From positions 47,424,001 through 47,488,000 of the forward strand of contig CP086569.2 in NCBI GenBank assembly GCA_009914755.4: DNA of 64,000 nucleotides. The letters run 5' to 3'. The notes under the pieces are model-generated. The model saw nothing but the letters and a program-made list of their open reading frames with translations. It did no database searches and was not told where the DNA came from. The stretch's first letter is position 1; the number at the start of each line of letters is the position of its first letter. The translations under genes and the position numbers were made by a program. Below are positions 57,786-64,000 of this stretch, one piece after another. Source of the stretch: the human T2T-CHM13v2.0 reference genome, Homo sapiens.

Positions 57786-60700
57786 GGAAATCACTCGAAT
57801 AGAATGCAATTTAATAAAATAGGATCAAATGTAATGGAATGGAATGGAAAGGAATCGAAACGAAAGGAATGGAGACAGATGGAATGGAATGGAACAGAGA
57901 GCAATGGTATAGAATGGAATGGAATCATCTGGAATGGAATTGAATGGAATGGAATAATATGAAATGGAATGGAATGGAATGGAATGGAATGCCCTTGAAT
58001 TAAATGGACTGGAATGGAATGGACTCAAACAGAGTGGAATGGAAAGTGTTGAGATAGAATGGAATGAACTTCTTTGGAATGGTCTAGTAGGCAATGCAAT
58101 CGACTGGCAGGGAATCAAAAGGAATGTAATCGAATAGATTGGACTGGAATGCAATGGACTCGAATAGATTGGAAACGGAATGCAAAGGAATGGAATGGAA
58201 TAGTATGGAATGGAATGGAAAGGAATGGAGTGGAATAGACTAGAGTGGAATGGAATGGACTGGAAAGCAATGGACTGGAATGGAACTTTCTTGAATGGAC
58301 TGGAATCAAACGGAATGGAATGCAATGCAATCAAATGGCATGGAATAAAATAGAATGAAAGAGAATCAAATGGAATTGAATCGAATGGAATCGAATGGAT
58401 TGGAAAGGAATAGAATGGAATGGAATGGAATTGACTCAAATGGAATGGACTAGAATGGAATGGATTCGAATGGAAGGCAAAGGAATGGAATCTATTGGAA
58501 TGGACTGTAATGGAATGGAATGGAAGGGATTGGAATGGACTCGAATGGAATGGACTGCAATAGAAAGGATTCGAATGGAATGAAAAAGAATTGAATGGAA
58601 TAGAACAGAATGGAATCTAATCGAATGAAATGGAATGGAATAGAAAGGAATGGAATGAAATGGAATGAAAAGGATTCGAATGGAATGCAATCGAATGGAA
58701 TGGAATCGAACGGAATGGAATAAAATGGAAGAAAACTGGCAAGAAATGGAATCGAAATGAATGGAGTGTTATGGAACGGACTCAAAAGGAATTGAATGTA
58801 ATAGAATGGAGTGGAGTGGACTCGAATATAATGGACTGGAATGGAATGAAATCACATGGAATGGGAACGAATGGAATGGAATGGAAAGGAATGGAATCGA
58901 ATGGAAAGGAATCGAATGGAAGGGAATGAAATTGAATCAACAGGAATGGAAGGGAATAGAATAGACGGTAATGGAATGGACTCGAATAGAATGGACACGA
59001 ATGCTCAAATTGAATGGACTCGAATGGAATGGAAACGAAAGGAATGTCATCGAATGGAATTGAATCGATTGGAATGAAATCGCATAGAATGGAGTGGAAT
59101 CAAATGGAATTGAATCGAAAGGAAAGGAAGCGAATGGACTGAAATGAAATGGAATGGAATTGAATGGAAAGTAATGCAATGGAATAGAATGGAACGAAAT
59201 TTCACGGAACGGAATCAAACTGAATGGAATCAAATCAATGGAATCAAATCAAATGGAATGGAAAGGAATTGAATGGAGTAGATTGGATTGGATGGGATTG
59301 GAATGAAATGTACTGGAAAGGACTCGAATTTCATGAAACGGAATGGAATGAATTGGAACGGAATGGACTCGAATGGAATGGAATGTCATGGAATGGCATC
59401 AAATGGAATGGCATCAAATGGAATGGAATCGAATGCAATGGAATGCTATGGAATGGAATGGAATGCATTGGAATGGAATGTCCTCTAATGGAATGGATTC
59501 GAGTGGAATGGAATCGAATATAATGGAGTCGAATGAAATGGAATTGAAAGGAATGGGATCGAATACAATGGAATATACTGGAATGTAATGTAATGAACTC
59601 GAATGTAATTGACTGGAATGGAATGTAATCGAATGGAAAGTAATCCAATGGAATAGAATCTAATGCAATAAAATCGACTCAGATAGAGTAGAATGTAATG
59701 GAATGGAGTGCAGTGCAATGGAATGGAATGGAATGGAATGCAATGGAATGGAATGGAATGGAATGGAATGGAATGGAATGGAATGGAATGGAATGGAATG
59801 GGATGGAATGGTATGGAATGGATAGTAATGGACTGGAATGAAATGGACTGGAAAAGAATGGACTCAAATTGAAAGGGCTCGAAAGGAATGGAGTCAAATG
59901 GAATTGTCTGGAATGGAATGAACACGAATGTAATGCAATCCAATAGAATGGAATCGAATGGCATGGAATATAAAGAAATGGAATCGAAGAGAATGGAAAC
60001 AAATGGAATGGAATTGAATGGCATGGAATTGAATGGAATGGGAACGAATGGAGTGAAATTGTATGCAGTAGAAGAGAATAGAATGGAATGCAAGCGAAAG
60101 GAAAGGAATGGATTGCAATGGAATGGAATTCATTGGAATGGAAGGGAATGTAGTGTAATGGACAGGCCTGGAATAAAGTGGAATGCTACGGTCTCGAATG
60201 GAATAAAAATGTATGGAATGGAATGCAATGAAACGGAATCGAATGTCATAGAATGTAATGGAATGCAAAAAAATGGAATCCAAAATCATTGACTGGAAAG
60301 GCTGGGTGTCGAAAGGAATTGACTGCAATGGAATGGAATCGAATGGAATGGAAGTGAATAGAATCGAACTAAATCGAATGGAATGGAATTGATAGGAACG
60401 GAATGGAAAGGAATGCAATGATTTGGCATGGAATGGAATCGAATGGCATCAAATGGAATGGAATGGAATGCAATGGAATGGAATGTATTAGAATGTAATG
60501 AACATTAATGGAATGTACTCGAATGGATTCGACTGGAATGGAATGTTCTGGAAGTGAATGGACTCCAATGGAATGGATTCGAAAGGAATGGAATCGAACG
60601 GAATGGAATCTAATGGAATGGAATTAAATGGAAATGAATCAAATTGAATAGCACGGAATTGAATTGAATGGAATCGAATGCAATGGAATCTAATGAAACG

Positions 60701-61348
60701 GAAAGGAAAGAATGGAATGGAATGGAATGGGCTGGAATGGAAAGGAATCGAAACGAATGGAATGGAATCGAACTGAAGAGACTGGAATGGAATGCACTGG
60801 AATGGAAGGGAGTGTAATGGAAGGTTCTCGAAAAAAATGGAATCGAATGGAATGGAATTGAATGGAACGGAATAGAGTCGCATGGAATTGAATGGAGTGG
60901 AATGGACTAGAGTGAAATGGAATCGAACGAAAAGGAATGGACAGGAATGGAATGGTCTCGAATTGAATGGAATCGTATGGAATGGCATCAAACGGAATGG
61001 AATGGACAGCCACGGAATGGAATGCACTCGAATGCAATGGAGTCGAAACTAATGGACTGGAATAGAATGGACTCGACTGGTATGGACTCCAATGGAATGG
61101 AATCGAATGGAAGGGAATCGAACGGAATGGACTCGAAGGGAAAAGACTGCAATGGAAAGGTCTCGAATGGAATGGAAATTAATGGAATGGAATGGAATCG
61201 AATGAAATGGAGTCAAAAGGAATGGAATCGAATGGCAAGAAATCGAATGTAATGGAATCGCAAGGAATTGATGTGAACGGAACGGAATGGAATGGAATCC
61301 AAAGGAATGGAATAGAATGGAATGGAATCGAATGGAAAGGACTCGAAT
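57786..61348 (+). repeat. HOR unit U18 (3563 bp), near-identical to U17
   Basis: Anchor spacing. Same private variants and the same 15-bp deletion (~59620-59635) as U17. Longest pure (GGAAT)n tract in the window at ~59711-59808. Confidence 0.85.
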
Positions 61349-64000
61349 GGAAATCACTCGAATAGAATGAAATTTAATAAAATAGGATCAAATGTAATAG
61401 AATGGAATGGAAAGGAATCGAAACGGAACGAATGGAGACAGATGGAATGGAATGGAACAGAGAGCAATGGTATAGAATGGAATGGAATCATCTGGAATGG
61501 AATTGAATGGAATGGAATAATATGAAATGGAATGGAATGGAATGGAATGGAATGGAATGCCCTTGAATTAAATGGACTGGACTCGAACAGAGTGGAATGG
61601 AAAGTGTTGAGATAGAATGGAATGGACTCCTTTGGAATGGTGTACTATGCAATGCAATCGACTGGCAGGGAATCAAAAGGAATGTAATCGAATGGATTGG
61701 ACTGGAATGCAATGGACTCGAATAGATTGGAAACGGAATGCAAAGGAATGGAATGGAATAGTATGGAATGCAATGGAAGGGAATGGAGTGGAATAGACTA
61801 GAGTGGAATGGAATGGACTGGAAAGCAATGGAGTGGAATGGAACTTTCTTGGATGGACTGGAATCAAACGGAATGGAATGCAATGCAATCAAATGGCATG
61901 GAATAAAATAGAATGAAAGAGAATCAAATGGAATTGAATCGAATGGAATCGAATGGATTGGAAAGGAATAGAATGGAATGGAATGGAATTGACTCAAATG
62001 GAATGGACTAGAATGGAATGGATTCGAATGGAAGGCAAAGGAATGGAATCTATTGGAATGGACTGTAATGGAATGGAATGGAAGGGATTGGAATGGACTC
62101 GAATGGAATGGACTGCAATAGAAAGGATTCGAATGGAATGAAAAAGAATTGAATGGAATAGAACAGAATGGAATCAAATCGAATGGAATGGAATGGAATA
62201 GAAAGGAATGGAATGAAATGGAATGGAAAGGATTCGAATGGAATGCAATCGAATGGAATGGAATCGAACGGAATGGAATAAAATGGAAGAAAACTGGCAA
62301 GAAATGGAATCGAAATGAATGGAGTGTTATGGAATGGACTCAAAAGGAATTGAATGTAATAGAATGGAGTGGAGTGGACTCGAATATAATGGACTGGAAT
62401 GGAATGAAATCACATGGAATGGGAACGAATGGAATGGAATGGAAAGGAATGGAATCGAATGGAAAGGAATCGAATGGAAGGGAATGAAATTGAATCAACA
62501 GGAATGGGAGGGAATAGAATAGACTGTAATGGAATGGACTCGAATAGAATGGACACGAATGCTCAAATTAAATTGACTCGAATGGAATGGAAACGAAAGG
62601 AATGTCATCGAATGGAATTGAATCGATTGGAATGAAATTGCATAGAATGGAGTGGAATCAAATGGAATTGAATCGAAAGGAAAGGAAGCGAATGGACTGA
62701 AATGAAATGGAATGGAATTGAATGGAAAGTAATGCAATGGAATAGAATGGAACGAAATTTCACGGAATGGAATCAAACTGAATGGAATCAAATCAATGGA
62801 ATCAAATCAAATGGAATTGAAAGGAATTGAATGGAGTAGATGGGATTGGATGGGATTGGAATGAAATGTACTGGAAAGGACTCGAATTTCATGAAACGGA
62901 ATGGAATGAATTGGAAAGGAATGGACTCGAATGGAATGGAATGTCATGGAATGGCATCAAATGGAATGGCATCAAATGGAATGGAATCGAATGCAATGGA
63001 ATGCTGTGGAATGGAATGGAATGCATTGGAATGGAATGTCCTCTAATGGAATGGATTCGAGTGGAATGGAATTGAATATAATGGAGTCGAATGAAATGGA
63101 ATTGAAAGGAATGGGATCGAATACAATGGAATATACTGGAATGTAACGTAATGAACTCGAATGTAATTGACTGGAATGGAATGTACATGAATGGAATGTA
63201 ATCGAATGGAAAGTAGTCCAATGGAATAGAATCTAATGCAATAAAATCGACTCAGATAGAGTAGAATGTAATGGAATGGAGTGCAGTGCAATGGAATGGA
63301 ATGGAATGGAATGGAATGGAATGGAATGGGATGGAATGGTATGGAATGGATAGTAATGGACTGGAGTGAAATGGACTGGAAAGGAATGGACTCAAATTGA
63401 AAGGTCTCGAAAGGAATGGAGTCAAATGGAATGGTCTGGAATGGAATGAACACGAATGTAATGCAATCCAATAGAATGGAATCGAATGGCATGGAATATA
63501 AAGAAATGGAATCGAAGAGAATGGAAACAAATGGAATGAAATTGAATGGAATGGAATTGAATGGAATGTGAACGAATGGAGTGAAATTGTATGCAGTAGA
63601 AGAGAATAGAATGGAATGCAAGCGAAAGGAAAGGAATGGATTGGAATGGAATGGAATTCATTGGAATGGAAGGGAATGTAGTGTAATGGACAGGCCTGGA
63701 ATAAAGTGGAATGCTACGGTCTCGAATGGAATAAAAATGTATGGAATGGAATGCAATGAAACGGAATCGAATGTCATAGAATGTAATGGAATGCAAAAAA
63801 ATGGAATCCAAAATCATTGAATGGAAAGGCTGGGTGTCGAAAGGAATTGACTCCAATGGAATGGAATCGAATGGAATGGAAGTGAATAGAATCGAACTAA
63901 ATCGAATGGAATGGAATTGATAGGAACGGAATGGAAAGGATTGCAATGATTTGGCATGGAATGGAATCGAATGGCATCGAATGGAATGGAATGGAATGCA
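61349..64000 (+). repeat. HOR unit U19, partial (2652 bp to the window end), U1/U3-like subtype
   Basis: Anchor with variant GAATAGAATGAAATTTAATAAAATAG. GACTGGACTCGAACAGAGTGG variant. Truncated by the window end. Confidence 0.8.

Larger units (their letters stand above)
1..64000 (+). repeat. HSat3-type pentameric satellite array, (GGAAT)n on + / (ATTCC)n on -, uninterrupted across the window
   Basis: GGAAT/AATGG and single-base variants (CGAAT, GCAAT, AAAGG, GTAAT) dominate every line. All ORFs translate to cyclic MEWNG (+) or IPFHS (-) peptides. No 171-bp alpha-satellite period and no HSat2 CATCATCGAATGGAATCGAATGGAATCATCA-type 23/26-mer structure. Confidence 0.97.

Noticed and set aside
1-64000. 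CRISPR-like or prokaryotic repeat-spacer architecture, or a hidden defence or biosynthetic system
   Set aside because: There is no alternation of a fixed direct repeat with unique spacers. No ORF has non-repetitive protein-like composition. The sequence is uniformly eukaryotic pericentromeric satellite, and no unique-sequence insert above ~50 bp exists in any unit.
1-64000. Classification as HSat2 or alpha satellite
   Set aside because: HSat2 is built from diverged 23/26-mers rich in CATCATCGAATGGAATCGAATGGAATCATCA-type units, and those are not the dominant structure here. Alpha satellite has a 171-bp AT-rich monomer, and there is none. Pentamer purity and a single occurrence per unit of a degenerate CAACCCAATAG-like 10-mer (~15408) fit HSat3.
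1-64000. Confident chromosomal assignment to Yq12
   Set aside because: The ~3.56 kb pentameric HOR with single EcoRI and HaeIII sites strongly suggests DYZ1, but HSat3 subfamilies also occur on chromosomes 1, 9, 13-15, 21 and 22. Without alignment to reference assemblies I keep the assignment at moderate confidence.

Overview
The whole 64 kb window is one uninterrupted tandem array of human-type pentameric satellite III (HSat3). Its basic repeat is GGAAT on the + strand (ATTCC on the - strand). I see no protein-coding genes, RNA genes, transposon insertions or CRISPR arrays. Every six-frame ORF is an artefact of a pentamer that contains no stop codon, giving cyclic MEWNG... peptides on + and IPFHS... 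peptides on -. The pentamers are organised into a higher-order repeat (HOR) of about 3.51-3.59 kb. An AT-rich anchor motif (GGAAATCACTCGAATAGAATGCAATTTAATAAAATAGGATCAAATGTAAT) recurs 19 times, which gives 18 complete units and one partial unit. Each full unit has exactly one EcoRI site (GAATTC) and one HaeIII site (GGCC) about 40 bp apart. A roughly 3.56 kb pentameric HOR with single EcoRI and HaeIII sites is the classical description of DYZ1, the Yq12 heterochromatin satellite, so this is most likely a DYZ1 segment. I cannot confirm that without a database search. The interesting content is architectural. Three units (U1, U10, U12) are about 2.65-2.68 kb and carry internal deletions of about 0.9 kb. 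There are two different deletions; one of them is present in two units about 31 kb apart with the same junction. The array is a mosaic of unit subtypes. Some neighbouring units are near-identical (U5-U7, U17-U18), and some unit types recur at long range (U1-U2-U3 resembles U10-U12-U13, with an extra unit U11 that resembles U9). A pure (GGAAT)n tract inside the unit varies from about 4 to 11 copies between units. Several non-pentameric sequence islands are conserved in every unit. All coordinates are approximate to a few bp, and the HOR phase is arbitrary.
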